Positions 20,272 through 31,064 of a stretch of DNA of 64,000 nucleotides are shown here, in pieces. The stretch lies in the IMG/VR virus record IMGVR_UViG_3300028584_001241, one strand, 5' to 3'. The translations under genes were made by a program, and so were the position numbers. This stretch comes from a virus. How positions within the stretch are numbered: position 1 is the first letter of the stretch; every line of letters begins with the position of its first letter. The notes under the pieces are model-generated. The model was given only the letters and a program-made list of their open reading frames with translations, did not search any database and was not told the DNA's origin.

Positions 20272-21018
20272 TTAAAGATTAGTAATTAACATTTTATCAT
20301 TACCTGAATTAACCGGGACATCAGCAGCCAACGTTTGCATAATACTATTCATCGCGTTATCTTTAAATGATTTGTATTCTTCTCGTGTAATGAATCGATC
20401 ACTGTATATTTGATTAAAATCATCACGAACTGATTTATTAGAAATGTTTTGAACCGTTAACAATTTATTAAACATATCAGCTTCATCCAAACCTTTAATT
20501 TTATTCGGATTGTTGATAAATACTTTTAATGCTTCAAAGTTTTTTGTTTCCAATGCTAATTGAAACTCTTTTGCTGGAATAGAATTGGTAAATACTGTTT
20601 TATCTTCATATCTGTTAGCGATTTGATTATAAATTTCATTGCTTGCTTTCACTAATGCGGTTTCTTTTGTATTAAAGTTAACAACAAATACTGTAAATAC
20701 TAAAAATACAAATGAAATAGAAACTACCAATTTATTAAAATGTTTTTTGAAATCATCATAACAAATAAATCCTGACATGAAACAAAGAAATATTCCAATT
20801 AAAAGAGTTGCAAGACCAAAGAAGCCTATAAAAAAAGGATCAGCAACTGTGTTTGAATGAGCATTAAAATTAAAGCCATCTTGTTTAAGATTGTAACTAT
20901 TAAAAGCATCATAACTGATCGAAAATGCATAAGCAAGAATCACTGCTCCTAAAAGACCAAGACAAACGGTTATAATCATAGGCAGTAAATTAGAACTTTT
21001 CTTAGATGATTTTTCCAT
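20272..21018 (-). CDS. membrane protein
   Basis: Three hydrophobic segments followed by a soluble domain. Confidence 0.7.
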   Translation of the reverse strand: MEKSSKKSSNLLPMIITVCLGLLGAVILAYAFSISYDAFNSYNLKQDGFNFNAHSNTVADPFFIGFFGLATLLIGIFLCFMSGFICYDDFKKHFNKLVVSISFVFLVFTVFVVNFNTKETALVKASNEIYNQIANRYEDKTVFTNSIPAKEFQLALETKNFEALKVFINNPNKIKGLDEADMFNKLLTVQNISNKSVRDDFNQIYSDRFITREEYKSFKDNAMNSIMQTLAADVPVNSGNDKMLITNL

Positions 21019-21148
21019 ATAATTCTCCTTTTTTTAGTAAAAATATAAAAATCTCTTATATAATAATCGAGAACTGCCATTTGTCAAAAAAACATTAAAC
21101 AAAAAAAATCGCTTGATTTATTAAATGTTCACTGTTATAATTGCGGAC

Positions 21149-21742
21149 ATGAAAAATACTATAATAGAAATACCTCAAAAAACATTCATCATCACTGACA
21201 TCGAAGCCACTTGTGATGACCAATCAAATACGCAATCAACCTTTAGCAGAGACTTATCTGAACCGATAGAAATTGGTGCAGTTGCTGTTAATGAGCAATT
21301 TGAAATACTGGGTGAATTCCAAACCTTTATCAAACCACTTAACTACAATACAGTGTTAACACCTTTCTGTATGCAGCTTACTAAAATTAAGCAATCAAAT
21401 GTAGACAATGCTCCTTTGTACAAAGACGCTTATCAATCCTTCGAAGACTGGTTCTTAAAATATCCCAACCCAGAATTCTGCTCTTGGGGTCGATATGATT
21501 TTTATGAGTTGAAAAAGTTTTGTGAACGAAATGGACAAAAGTTTCACTTTGATGCAGGTGTTAACTTAAAAAACTTGTTTGCTAAGAAACAAAAGATTGG
21601 TCGAGAAATTGGATTAGGTCGAGCGTTGACTAAAAGTGGACTACAATTCATCGGCACACCACACCGTGGCATTGATGATGCGAAAAACATTGCCAGATTG
21701 TTACCATACACTTATTATGATAAAAAAATCGAAAATAAATAA
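21149..21742 (+). CDS. DEDDh 3'-5' exonuclease (ERI-1/KapD-like)
   Basis: DIEATC, IEIGAV, SWGRYD, HRGIDDA. Confidence 0.9.
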   Translation: MKNTIIEIPQKTFIITDIEATCDDQSNTQSTFSRDLSEPIEIGAVAVNEQFEILGEFQTFIKPLNYNTVLTPFCMQLTKIKQSNVDNAPLYKDAYQSFEDWFLKYPNPEFCSWGRYDFYELKKFCERNGQKFHFDAGVNLKNLFAKKQKIGREIGLGRALTKSGLQFIGTPHRGIDDAKNIARLLPYTYYDKKIENK

Positions 21743-21821
21743 TAATAAAGATCTATCGAAAATCCAATTTGATAAAATATAAACAAAGTGTTATAATTTA
21801 TAGATAACTAGGAGCTATCCA

Positions 21822-22703
21822 ATGAGCGATATTATTAGAAAACAAAGTCAAATAGACCAATCCTTAAACATCATCTATCCAGCATCTCAAATCGGCCAAT
21901 ACGAAGCTCGTTTCGTTCGTCGTGAAGATGATTACTTCATCATTTACGTGTCCTCTCAATCAGGTTGTGATCAAGCCTGCAGAATGTGTCACTTAACAGC
22001 CACAGGTCAAAACAAGCTTGAAAATGCTTCTTATGAAGAATTGGTTAAACAAGCTGCTCTTGTTTATGAACATTATGACATTCAAGAAAAGAAAGCAAAA
22101 CTTGTGCATTACAATTTCATGGCACGAGGTGAAGCATTAAATAACCCAGTTATTCTAAATGATAACGAACGTCTGCTTGGAACTTATGGTGAGATGGCCC
22201 GTATTCGTGGACTGGATGCAAAGTATCTTATTTCAACAATTATGCCGGATAGTATGGGTGATCGTACATTGGTTGATATCTTCCCTAATACCTTACCAGA
22301 GATCTACTACTCCATTTACAGCACTAATGAAAAATTTAGAAAGAAATGGTTAGCCAGAGCATTACCTTATCAAAAAAGTTTAGAGCTTCTGAAAGAATGG
22401 CAAGATTACAATGGTAAGACACCAAAAATCCACTTTGCTTTCATTAAAGGTGAAAATGATTCTGAACAAGATATGGTCAATATGGCCGAAGCTATTAATA
22501 AACTTGACCTAAAAGTCAACTTGAATATTGTAAGATACAACCCTTTTTCTGATAAATACGGTGTAGAGTCTGATGAAGCTGTAATTGACAGAAACGTAGC
22601 GATATTGGTCGATCTTTTAAAACCTGCTCAATATAGAGTAGTACCCAAAGTAGGCTTTGATGTAAAGGCTTCTTGTGGTATGTTTGTAGGAAAAAATAAA
22701 TAA
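21822..22703 (+). CDS. RlmN/Cfr-like radical SAM enzyme, short form
   Basis: SSQSGCDQACRMC, FMARGEA, C-terminal ASCG. Confidence 0.85.
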   Translation: MSDIIRKQSQIDQSLNIIYPASQIGQYEARFVRREDDYFIIYVSSQSGCDQACRMCHLTATGQNKLENASYEELVKQAALVYEHYDIQEKKAKLVHYNFMARGEALNNPVILNDNERLLGTYGEMARIRGLDAKYLISTIMPDSMGDRTLVDIFPNTLPEIYYSIYSTNEKFRKKWLARALPYQKSLELLKEWQDYNGKTPKIHFAFIKGENDSEQDMVNMAEAINKLDLKVNLNIVRYNPFSDKYGVESDEAVIDRNVAILVDLLKPAQYRVVPKVGFDVKASCGMFVGKNK

Positions 22704-22801
22704 TTAAGGATTACCGTGCGATGAACGGTATAGTTCATAATATTGACAATATCATTATTCTATGCTAATATTTAGACAATTAACAAATAGAGGTATATGT
22801 T

Positions 22802-23038
22802 ATGAATACAGAAATTAAAGACATCAAAGGTAAGGAATTATTAAAAGATGACCAAATCTTATATGCTACTACTCACGGCACGTTACAAATAGGCCGAGTG
22901 TTGGAGATAACCGAAGATGGTTCATTGAAAGTAATTGGTAAAGGCAACAAAAGAGAACTTACGATTAAAGAATCTGACAAACAAGTTTATCTTGTTTCAA
23001 AAGGTTACTACGCAAGAGTCAAAAAACGTGCTGCTTAA
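22802..23038 (+). CDS. small beta-rich hypothetical protein
   Basis: DIKGKELLKDDQILYA...IGRV; the domain recurs twice in the next gene. Confidence 0.75.
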   Translation: MNTEIKDIKGKELLKDDQILYATTHGTLQIGRVLEITEDGSLKVIGKGNKRELTIKESDKQVYLVSKGYYARVKKRAA

Positions 23039-23052
23039 CGTGTAATACAAAG

Positions 23053-23073
23053 ACCCGCCTATGCGGGTTTTTT
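23053..23073 (+). terminator. intrinsic terminator
   Basis: ACCCGC-CTAT-GCGGGT followed by a T run. Confidence 0.8.
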
Positions 23074-23143
23074 GTTAGGTGCCGATAATTTGACATTTGT
23101 GGCTTGTCAAGTTAAAATTTTACAAAATGAAATGGAGATATTT

Positions 23144-23656
23144 ATGAATGAAATAGTCGATATTGTTGGTAAAGTTATTGAAAAAGAAAAAGAAGCTATA
23201 TTTATAGGCGACAATGGTGTTGTTTATAAGGGTGTTGTTAAAGCATTCAATAAAATAGGCCAAGTGCAAATCGAAGAATCAATGACCGCCAAATACATTG
23301 TGGTGAAGACACCTTCAAAAAGTATTTATGTCATTCCTGACCCGATTGATTTGGAAGATGTCTTTGACATGAAGTTTGAAGTAAAAGAAAAGAAACCAAC
23401 AGAACGTGATTTCTTTCGTCAGTTGTCTGTAGCGAAATCAATTTTGGGTGATGGCGTGCTTGATGGTGACAAAGTATTATTTGCTGATGGTCAAGAATTG
23501 AAGTTAGGCAGAACGATCAGAGTTGTTAAAGACAGTTCTGTTGTGATAGTTAATGGCAATAAAGATAAAGCAGATGTGACAATTGAAACAAATGGTAAAA
23601 ATCTGTATTTACTTGTCAAAGATTATTACATCAAAGAAAAAGCAGCTTACATTTAA
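23144..23656 (+). CDS. hypothetical protein, two copies of the 22802 domain
   Basis: GGAG SD before ATG 23144; LYLLVKDYY vs VYLVSKGYY. Confidence 0.75.
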   Translation: MNEIVDIVGKVIEKEKEAIFIGDNGVVYKGVVKAFNKIGQVQIEESMTAKYIVVKTPSKSIYVIPDPIDLEDVFDMKFEVKEKKPTERDFFRQLSVAKSILGDGVLDGDKVLFADGQELKLGRTIRVVKDSSVVIVNGNKDKADVTIETNGKNLYLLVKDYYIKEKAAYI

Positions 23657-23814
23657 ATAAGCGTTCTAAACAACATGGCTTACTTTAATCAGTAGGCCAT
23701 TTTTTTCATATTTAACAATGATTTTTAATCATAATAATTAGCAATTATTTCGTCTAAAAAGATGTAATTATATTTCGTTGTGTTACAATGTAATAATAGA
23801 CAAATTGAGATCAA

Positions 23815-24477
23815 ATGACAATATTAGAAAAGTTTTATACAGGGATTGGTTCCCGAGAAACGCCTGCTGAATATTTAGCCATAATGACTGAACTGGCAAC
23901 CTATCTCAATAAAACAGGATGGACATTAAGAAGTGGCGGATCATGGGGAGCTGACGAAGCTTTTCAAAAAGGGGTATCTAACTATTCAAATATCTTTTTA
24001 CCTCGCTTAAACTGGCGAAAAGATGATGGTATTGTGGGAAGATTCATAGACGACACTGAATTAGTTAGGGATGCAATGTATATTGTTTCAAAATATGATT
24101 TACATGAAGACTGGGATAACTTATTGAATAGTCGTGGTGATGGCGGGCTAATGACAGTTAAACTTCATACCAGAAATGTTTTTCAAGTCTTAGGTGATAA
24201 TTTAAGAAATCCTTCAAAGTTTTTAGTTTGCTATACGAATGACGGAGCTATTGATTTGTCTGAGATGAGTAGAAGTACAGGTGGTACCCGAACCGCTATG
24301 AGATTAGCTTGCCATTTTCAAGTGCCTATATTCAACCTTAGAAGACCTGAACATAAATTAAGAATACTTAATTGGATTGAAGAAATGAAGGAAATAGAAT
24401 TAAAAAAAAATAATAAAATAATTACAAATCTCAGCGAAGATCCTTCGATGAAAAGAACAACTCGATTAAAAATTTAA
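23815..24477 (+). CDS. SLOG/DprA-like nucleotide-binding protein
   Basis: YTGIGSRETP, LRSGGSWGAD, RNVFQVLG, GGTRTA. Confidence 0.75.
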   Translation: MTILEKFYTGIGSRETPAEYLAIMTELATYLNKTGWTLRSGGSWGADEAFQKGVSNYSNIFLPRLNWRKDDGIVGRFIDDTELVRDAMYIVSKYDLHEDWDNLLNSRGDGGLMTVKLHTRNVFQVLGDNLRNPSKFLVCYTNDGAIDLSEMSRSTGGTRTAMRLACHFQVPIFNLRRPEHKLRILNWIEEMKEIELKKNNKIITNLSEDPSMKRTTRLKI

Positions 24478-24553
24478 CAAAATAGTTACAATATAACGTT
24501 GATTTATCACTTTTTTTAGTCTAACATGTAAAAACAAAACAATCGAGTAAGTA

Positions 24554-25258
24554 ATGTTAAGCCTCAAGTTAATATTACCAGCAGTAATAGCTGGTTTATT
24601 GTCAACAGTCGCAATGGCTGAAGACTCTATCATAGTAGAGGGTGGGGCTGCATCTAAATTAAGCAATGTGACAACACAAGGTTCCAGTAAACTAAACTAC
24701 AATACAATTGCTCAATCTTTTTACTTAGATCTCAAAACAGAAATGGGTGTTCCTAATTTCAAATTAGAATACACTAACAATGCTTATTCCACCAACTACG
24801 GTGAAGTCAATAAATCCTATATTAACAACCAAGCAAACTTTGTAGACGTTAACCTTCAATACGGTGACGTAGTAAGTTATTACACACTCTTTGCAAATGA
24901 CTATAACGTAGGCATGAACTTAGGTGGTGGATTAAGACAATACATGGGTGATATAGAATCATCACAAGCTGGTAAAGAATCACTAAATGCAACCATTCCA
25001 TTAAGTTATCTTGATATGTTCTACAGTCTTGACAAGAATGAATATGTAGGATTATATACAAAAGAATCACAACTAGCGACTGAGAAAGTTCAAGAATCCG
25101 GTCTTTACTATAAAAACAATATTACTAAGGTTGACAATTTAAGTTTCATTGCTACTTACGCTTTATCCAATTTATCGTTTGCAGATGATTACAGTGCTGT
25201 TAATGGTGCCGGACTAAAAACCAGTGGTCTTAACTTTCAGTTAAAATTAAGTTACTAA
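24554..25258 (+). CDS. outer-membrane beta-barrel protein
   Basis: Signal peptide, alternating aromatic strands, C-terminal FQLKLSY. Confidence 0.7.
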   Translation: MLSLKLILPAVIAGLLSTVAMAEDSIIVEGGAASKLSNVTTQGSSKLNYNTIAQSFYLDLKTEMGVPNFKLEYTNNAYSTNYGEVNKSYINNQANFVDVNLQYGDVVSYYTLFANDYNVGMNLGGGLRQYMGDIESSQAGKESLNATIPLSYLDMFYSLDKNEYVGLYTKESQLATEKVQESGLYYKNNITKVDNLSFIATYALSNLSFADDYSAVNGAGLKTSGLNFQLKLSY

Positions 25259-25314
25259 AAAATAAAGACAAAAAAAATAAGCCATCAGGCTTATTTTTAA
25301 TATTGACACTCAAC

Positions 25315-26388
25315 TTATTTCTTTAAATCATTTTCTAAATCGTCATACAAACTGTTTTCGGCTTTGATAGCATTTAATTTTTCAGCTTCTTTTGCAGCGG
25401 CTGCAGCTTTAATCTTATCTTTTTCTGCTTTAATGGCTGCTTCTTTGGCTGCTATCTCATCGGCAGCTATCTTCTTAAAGTCAACGGCAATCACTGGCTT
25501 AACATAAGGTAATACACGGCCCATTACAATTTCTAAGTAATGCTTATCATCAACTTTGATAGATTGTTTTGAATCTGTTTCCAATTTTATCCAGAATACG
25601 TTTGAGGTAACAGATGATTTAATCGCTGGAATCTTAACCTTAGTAAGAACACCTTCTGTTGTTATGACTTCTGTTTCTTCATATGAAGAAATTGCTTTAT
25701 TTGTATAGTCCAATCTAACAGAAACTCTATTATTCTTTTTGTCATACTCTTTTATTTGAATAATATAACCATAACCATACACCAAAGTGCCTAATTCTTC
25801 TTTAACTGTTGCTTTACCTGTCACTTTATCAATGTTTGTTTTTGTGCCGATATAAACATTAGGTTCTTCAACGTAGTTTGAAAAACTAACAATTTTATTT
25901 TTATTGGCTTCATCAGCAAAGGCAACAACTTCTTTATCTGCTTTGTGATCATCAGCAACGCCCGTCATAATACCCATTGCAATTTCATCTTTGCTTAATG
26001 TCTTAGTAATGATGCTTTTGTTAAGTCTTTTAACATTCAGTACAAAGTTAGTGCCAGAAACTGGAACAACAAGCGTAGGCATAGTTTTTGATTTCTCAAC
26101 GACTGGACCAACAACAGCCTTGTCTACATCAATAGGAGTAACAGTCGCTTCTGGTTTTGAAACTTTGGTTTCTTTAACAGGTGTGGAAGCTTTCTTTTCT
26201 ACTTTAACGGTTTCTGTTTTTTTTGTTTCAACGGGTTTCATTTTCTCTTTTTCTGGTGTTTTTGCTGGTGCTGTTGGTGTGTCATTAAGAATATCCGAGA
26301 TATCCATTAAATCATCACCAGACAATTGTGCATTCGCCTGAAAAGAGATACCACTCAATATTGCGAGTGCCAAAATTGTTTTTCTCAT
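25315..26388 (-). CDS. secreted protein with K/E/T-rich linker
   Basis: Signal peptide ending ANA; Ala/Lys-rich helical C-terminus. Confidence 0.75.
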   Translation of the reverse strand: MRKTILALAILSGISFQANAQLSGDDLMDISDILNDTPTAPAKTPEKEKMKPVETKKTETVKVEKKASTPVKETKVSKPEATVTPIDVDKAVVGPVVEKSKTMPTLVVPVSGTNFVLNVKRLNKSIITKTLSKDEIAMGIMTGVADDHKADKEVVAFADEANKNKIVSFSNYVEEPNVYIGTKTNIDKVTGKATVKEELGTLVYGYGYIIQIKEYDKKNNRVSVRLDYTNKAISSYEETEVITTEGVLTKVKIPAIKSSVTSNVFWIKLETDSKQSIKVDDKHYLEIVMGRVLPYVKPVIAVDFKKIAADEIAAKEAAIKAEKDKIKAAAAAKEAEKLNAIKAENSLYDDLENDLKK

Positions 26389-26438
26389 AAAATTCTCCTG
26401 AAATATATTTTATTAGTGTAATTTATAAAGAATAAAAG

Positions 26439-26648
26439 TCAATTTATACTGTATAGTTTTTTCACCAACTCTTCTGCTAATGCTCGATGTTCCAGAGAGA
26501 AGTTGATTTCAAAGATAACTGAAAGGTCAGTAGACTGTTCACAAGAATAAACAAGTTTTAATTCAGGATGATTTTGATTGACGGAAGTTAAGAACTTTTC
26601 ACAAATGTTTTGTTGTTGGAGATTTTTTTCTATATAGAGTGTGTGCAT
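26439..26648 (-). CDS. small hypothetical protein
   Basis: 69-aa ORF filling the gap, co-oriented with 25315. Confidence 0.5.
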   Translation of the reverse strand: MHTLYIEKNLQQQNICEKFLTSVNQNHPELKLVYSCEQSTDLSVIFEINFSLEHRALAEELVKKLYSIN

Positions 26649-26850
26649 ATTTTCTTAAATATAGTTGGCTTTATTTTCAGAATAGCATACGGAACATAAA
26701 AAGAAAGCTAATTATTTTTAAACTCATTTATACTTGAATTCATCTAAAAATACAATATCAAACCTTAACCATAACTTAAATTTCAATTCAAAAACTTGAT
26801 TTTTTCATTTTTTCATGTATTATAAGTAAGAAATAACCGGAGGATATCTT

Positions 26851-27144
26851 ATGAAAAAGATCGTATTAGCATTAGCAGCAATTATGGCTTCAGGTGTAGC
26901 ATTTGCAGATGTCAGTGATTCGGAAGCTATTAAATTAAGAGAAAGCGGAACGATTAAAGATGTTAAAGTCTTAAATGATATTGCTATCAAACAATATCCC
27001 GGCACAACAGTAGAATCAACAGAACTTGATCTTGATAATGGAATTTATGTCTATGATGTGGATCTAGTAGACGCTAATAAAGCAGACTTCAACGTCAAAC
27101 TAAATGCGGCAACTGGTGAAGTAATCAAGAAAGAAGTCGATTAA
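26851..27144 (+). CDS. PepSY-domain secreted protein
   Basis: Signal peptide; ELDLDNGIYVYDV...LNAATGEVI. Confidence 0.85.
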   Translation: MKKIVLALAAIMASGVAFADVSDSEAIKLRESGTIKDVKVLNDIAIKQYPGTTVESTELDLDNGIYVYDVDLVDANKADFNVKLNAATGEVIKKEVD

Positions 27145-27255
27145 AAATAATAAAATGTAAATAAAAGCCTATTAGTAGGCTTTTTTTATTGTTGACTTAT
27201 GGATTGCTAAAGTTACTATATTAGTCAAGTAAGACTACTATAGGAATGATGGATA

Positions 27256-27972
27256 ATGACAAAAGAAACGAGATCTTTATATTTTAAAAATTGGTATGTG
27301 TATGACGTTTTCATTAATTTGGCTTTTTTGATACTAGCGATTGCTTTCTTACAAGTCAACGTTTCACCTGTATTCAACTCAATTTTGATAGTCTTGTATG
27401 GAACTATCTTCATCGCCTCATTACACAATGCATACATCTCAATAAAACATCGAATAATGCCAGACGTGTATTCAGCACTATTTACCAGAACGTTTAAAAC
27501 TGTCATCAAACTCATAGAATTAACCGTCTATTTGAAAGTCGCTTATTACATGTATAAGGTAGATGGAGTATTATTCTTTATCAGTATGGTTATATTAGTA
27601 TTTGCCATGATAAGAATACTATTAACATTAGCTTATATTGGTATGAAATTAAGAGATGAAGGACATCTTTATATTGAAAGCCTAAGAATACCTGTCGAAT
27701 TGAAAAATTATTTAACACTAAACAGATTAATAATTGAAGATTTTGTAAGTGATTTCGATAACGATCCGAGAAACATTATTGATGGCGATCTAAAATTTTC
27801 TAAAATAACAGATCCTGCTCCCGTCAGTTATCATAAATTTAAACCTGAAATATTTATTCTAGATTATAGAAATAATCAGTACAATGTGTTACTTATGAAT
27901 GAATATATTGAAAGGAATAATAAATCATTTAAAGATTTAACAATCAATGAATTAGAAAATTTCAAAATTTAA
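27256..27972 (+). CDS. multi-TM membrane protein, family of 35699-37422
   Basis: SLYFKNW vs SFYFKNY; C-terminal YIE....FKDLT. Confidence 0.7.
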   Translation: MTKETRSLYFKNWYVYDVFINLAFLILAIAFLQVNVSPVFNSILIVLYGTIFIASLHNAYISIKHRIMPDVYSALFTRTFKTVIKLIELTVYLKVAYYMYKVDGVLFFISMVILVFAMIRILLTLAYIGMKLRDEGHLYIESLRIPVELKNYLTLNRLIIEDFVSDFDNDPRNIIDGDLKFSKITDPAPVSYHKFKPEIFILDYRNNQYNVLLMNEYIERNNKSFKDLTINELENFKI

Positions 27973-28017
27973 AATAAAAAAAAGAGGCCGAAGCCTCTTT
28001 AAAATTTTTAGAAGTAA

Positions 28018-28392
28018 TTATTCATCAAACATTCCCATCCGTGAGAAATGACGGCCAGCATTACGATCAAAGTTGCAATCAAGTTCTTTAACTTCACCAT
28101 CATCGTCATCATCTTTTTTACGAACGCTCACATATTCAGATGAAGAAATTTTGTTGCCAAATCTAACGTTTTCAATGTATTTTGTGATACGCTTCATCAG
28201 TTTTTTATCAATATCACTGAGTTCTAAATCTTCTACACCATCTACGTCAACTTTTAATACATCAGAGTAGTCTTCTTCAATTTTAGCAAGTTGTTTACGG
28301 GTTGGACCACGATCATCTTTAAGGCCAGTTTCAAATTCAGCCATTGCTTCTTCTAGTTCTTCGATGTCGATGTTGTTATTTTCTGTGATCAT
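28018..28392 (-). CDS. acidic hypothetical protein
   Basis: AGGAG SD; D/E-rich. Confidence 0.7.
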   Translation of the reverse strand: MITENNNIDIEELEEAMAEFETGLKDDRGPTRKQLAKIEEDYSDVLKVDVDGVEDLELSDIDKKLMKRITKYIENVRFGNKISSSEYVSVRKKDDDDDGEVKELDCNFDRNAGRHFSRMGMFDE

Positions 28393-28641
28393 ACTAATTA
28401 CTCCTGATTTCTAATTTAGTGAGGCTATTCTATCATAACAGTTATACTAAGACAATACTTTAATGCTTATTTTTTAAAAATATTTTATAAATAGGAAAAA
28501 GAAGAGTGTATGTCTAGCACCTGATTTTTTTCTTCTATATATAGCATGGAACTATATTAAAATGAATTGAAAAAAAAGATTGACATATGTGATTTTTCCA
28601 TCATATAATAGCGGAAAGAATTGAAAACAAAAGGAGATTCT

Positions 28642-30921
28642 ATGAGCAATGCTAATATGTCTGAAAGCCTAATTAAAATTTTTGCAGCAATCCGTGGTCA
28701 AGTATTCGATGAGAATAACGGTCTACTTTCTCCTGAATATCTCTTACTGAAAATGGTTGACTTCAGTGATGAGTTCCGAAACATCCTTAATGTTAACAAA
28801 ATTAACGTACATGAACTTCAAAACAATTTGAAAACAACTGTTGAGGTTAACAAACCTCGCACACTAAGTAAAGATCTAAAACATTCCGCAACAATGGAAA
28901 AAATCATGCAACGTACCATTATGAAAATTTTGAGTATTGGTCGCACCGAGCTTGATGAAATCGACTTGTTGATTACTATCCTCGAAACATCACACTTGCC
29001 AGCACAAGAAGCTTTGACTAAGAGCAATGTAAGAATTGAACAACTTGTAGAATACGATAACCAACGCAACAAAGCTGTAATGGAAGAAGAACGTCATGGC
29101 AACAACACTAACGTAAGTCAGTTGGTTCGTTCATTCGTGACGGACCTTACTGAACAAGCAGCACAAGGTAAACTTGAACCAATGATCGGTCGTGTTGAAG
29201 AAGTTGATCGTATTGAGGAAATCCTTTCTCGCCGTAAGAAAAACAACCCAATCATCGTTGGTGATGCTGGTGTTGGTAAAACTGCTGTGGTTGAAGGTTT
29301 GGCTCAAAAAATCGCTTCTGGTAACGTCCATGAATCATTGAAAGGTTTTAAAGTTCTTTCTCTTGATGTTAACGGCATGGTAGCGGGTACTAAGTTCCGT
29401 GGTGATTTGGAAGATCGTGTTAAAAAGATTATTGATGCAGTGTCAAACAACAACACTATTCTTTTCATTGACGAAATCCATAGCATTATCAGTTCTGGTA
29501 AATCCGAAGGTGGCATGGACATTGGTAACACATTGAAGCCTTACTTGTCTTCTGGTAAAATCCGTTGCATCGGTGCTACAACTACTGAGGAATATCGTCA
29601 GGTTTTCGAAAAGAACTCTGCACTTTCTCGCCGTTTCAACAAGGTTGACTTGGATGAACTTTCACCAGAAGCTACTTTGCATGTATTGAAGCAAATCAAA
29701 AGTCAATACGAAAAAGGTCATGGTGTAACGTATGAAGATGCAGCTATCGCTAGTATTGTTAACCTTTCAGCTCGTTTCTTGCACAACAAGAAGTTCCCTG
29801 ATAAGGCCATCGACGTTCTCGATGAAACCGGTGCTTACGCTAAACTTCGTATGACTGAAAAAGTGGTTACTGTTGCTCTTGTAGAAGAAGTTATTTCTAA
29901 AATGGCTAAACAACCTGTTAAAGAAGTTGAAGGTGTTATCAGCGAACAATTGAAAAACCTTGACGCAAATATCAAGAAACAAATTTTCGGTCAAGATGGT
30001 GCTGTTGAAAAGATTGTTGACGCAATCGTGTTGAACAAAAGTGGTTTCGGCTCTGCTGAAAAGCCTATCGGTTCTTACTTGTTCATCGGTCCTACTGGTG
30101 TTGGTAAAACTGAATTGGCTAAACAACTTGCCAAAGAAATGAACATGAGCTTGCTACGTTTTGACATGTCAGAATACATGGAATCTCATACTGTTTCTAA
30201 GTTGATCGGTGCTCCGGCTGGTTATGTGGGTCATGGTAAAGGTGGTTTGCTTACTGAGCAAGTCAACAAGAACCCTTACTCTGTTATCCTCTTGGACGAA
30301 TTTGAGAAGGCTAACCCTGATGTATTTAACGCTTTCTTGCAAGTGCTTGATTATGGTTTCATGACGGACTCAGAAGGTCGTAAAATCGACTTCCGTAACA
30401 CTGTTATCATCATGACATCAAACGCGGGTATCAAGTTGTCTGCACAAGAGAAAAACGGTATCGGTTTTGTTAAGAATGAACAAATAGTAAGCAGTTTGGT
30501 AAACTGGGATCAAGTGAATAAAATCTTTGCTCCTGAATTCCGTAACCGTCTTGATGGCATGGTAGAGTTTAAAGCGATTGATAAAGAGATGATCTTGAAC
30601 ATCGTGAACAAAAACCTTGCTCCAATCTATGCAGAAGCGGCTAAAAAAGGCTTTACACTTGAAGTTGAAAAAGCAGTGTTGGATGAGTTGTCAGCGAAGG
30701 GTTATGAGCCAGCAATGGGTGCCCGTCCAGTAGCTCGTGTTGTGAGAGAGCTTATTGCTCTACCACTTGCCAAGCTTGTAACCTTCACACAGTTGCCAGA
30801 GAAATCTGTCATTCAAGCTGTAATGAAAGATGGTAAAGTTGAATTTGTGATTGGTTGCGATGTTGAGGTCAAAAAACCTGCAACTCGCCGTTCAAAAGCA
30901 AAAGTAGCGACTACTGAGTAA
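28642..30921 (+). CDS. clpA: ClpA-like Hsp100 AAA+ unfoldase
   Basis: Clp N-domain, Walker A GDAGVGKT and [23 protein letters not shown], ClpP-docking IGF loop (NGIGF), no ClpB middle domain. Confidence 0.92.
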   Translation: MSNANMSESLIKIFAAIRGQVFDENNGLLSPEYLLLKMVDFSDEFRNILNVNKINVHELQNNLKTTVEVNKPRTLSKDLKHSATMEKIMQRTIMKILSIGRTELDEIDLLITILETSHLPAQEALTKSNVRIEQLVEYDNQRNKAVMEEERHGNNTNVSQLVRSFVTDLTEQAAQGKLEPMIGRVEEVDRIEEILSRRKKNNPIIVGDAGVGKTAVVEGLAQKIASGNVHESLKGFKVLSLDVNGMVAGTKFRGDLEDRVKKIIDAVSNNNTILFIDEIHSIISSGKSEGGMDIGNTLKPYLSSGKIRCIGATTTEEYRQVFEKNSALSRRFNKVDLDELSPEATLHVLKQIKSQYEKGHGVTYEDAAIASIVNLSARFLHNKKFPDKAIDVLDETGAYAKLRMTEKVVTVALVEEVISKMAKQPVKEVEGVISEQLKNLDANIKKQIFGQDGAVEKIVDAIVLNKSGFGSAEKPIGSYLFIGPTGVGKTELAKQLAKEMNMSLLRFDMSEYMESHTVSKLIGAPAGYVGHGKGGLLTEQVNKNPYSVILLDEFEKANPDVFNAFLQVLDYGFMTDSEGRKIDFRNTVIIMTSNAGIKLSAQEKNGIGFVKNEQIVSSLVNWDQVNKIFAPEFRNRLDGMVEFKAIDKEMILNIVNKNLAPIYAEAAKKGFTLEVEKAVLDELSAKGYEPAMGARPVARVVRELIALPLAKLVTFTQLPEKSVIQAVMKDGKVEFVIGCDVEVKKPATRRSKAKVATTE

Positions 30922-30942
30922 TCAATAGTAAAGCAACACAAG

Positions 30943-30968
30943 AAAGAGCCAGCGATGGCTCTTTTTTT
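30943..30968 (+). terminator. intrinsic terminator
   Basis: AAAGAGCCA-GCGA-TGGCTCTTT followed by a T run. Confidence 0.8.
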
Positions 30969-31064
30969 ATTGGTATAAATTAACGTATAGAATTTCGTAT
31001 ACGATATTTATTTTAATTGACATGGGCCTAAAAAATGTTTAAATAATGTAAAATAGGTTAAAAA

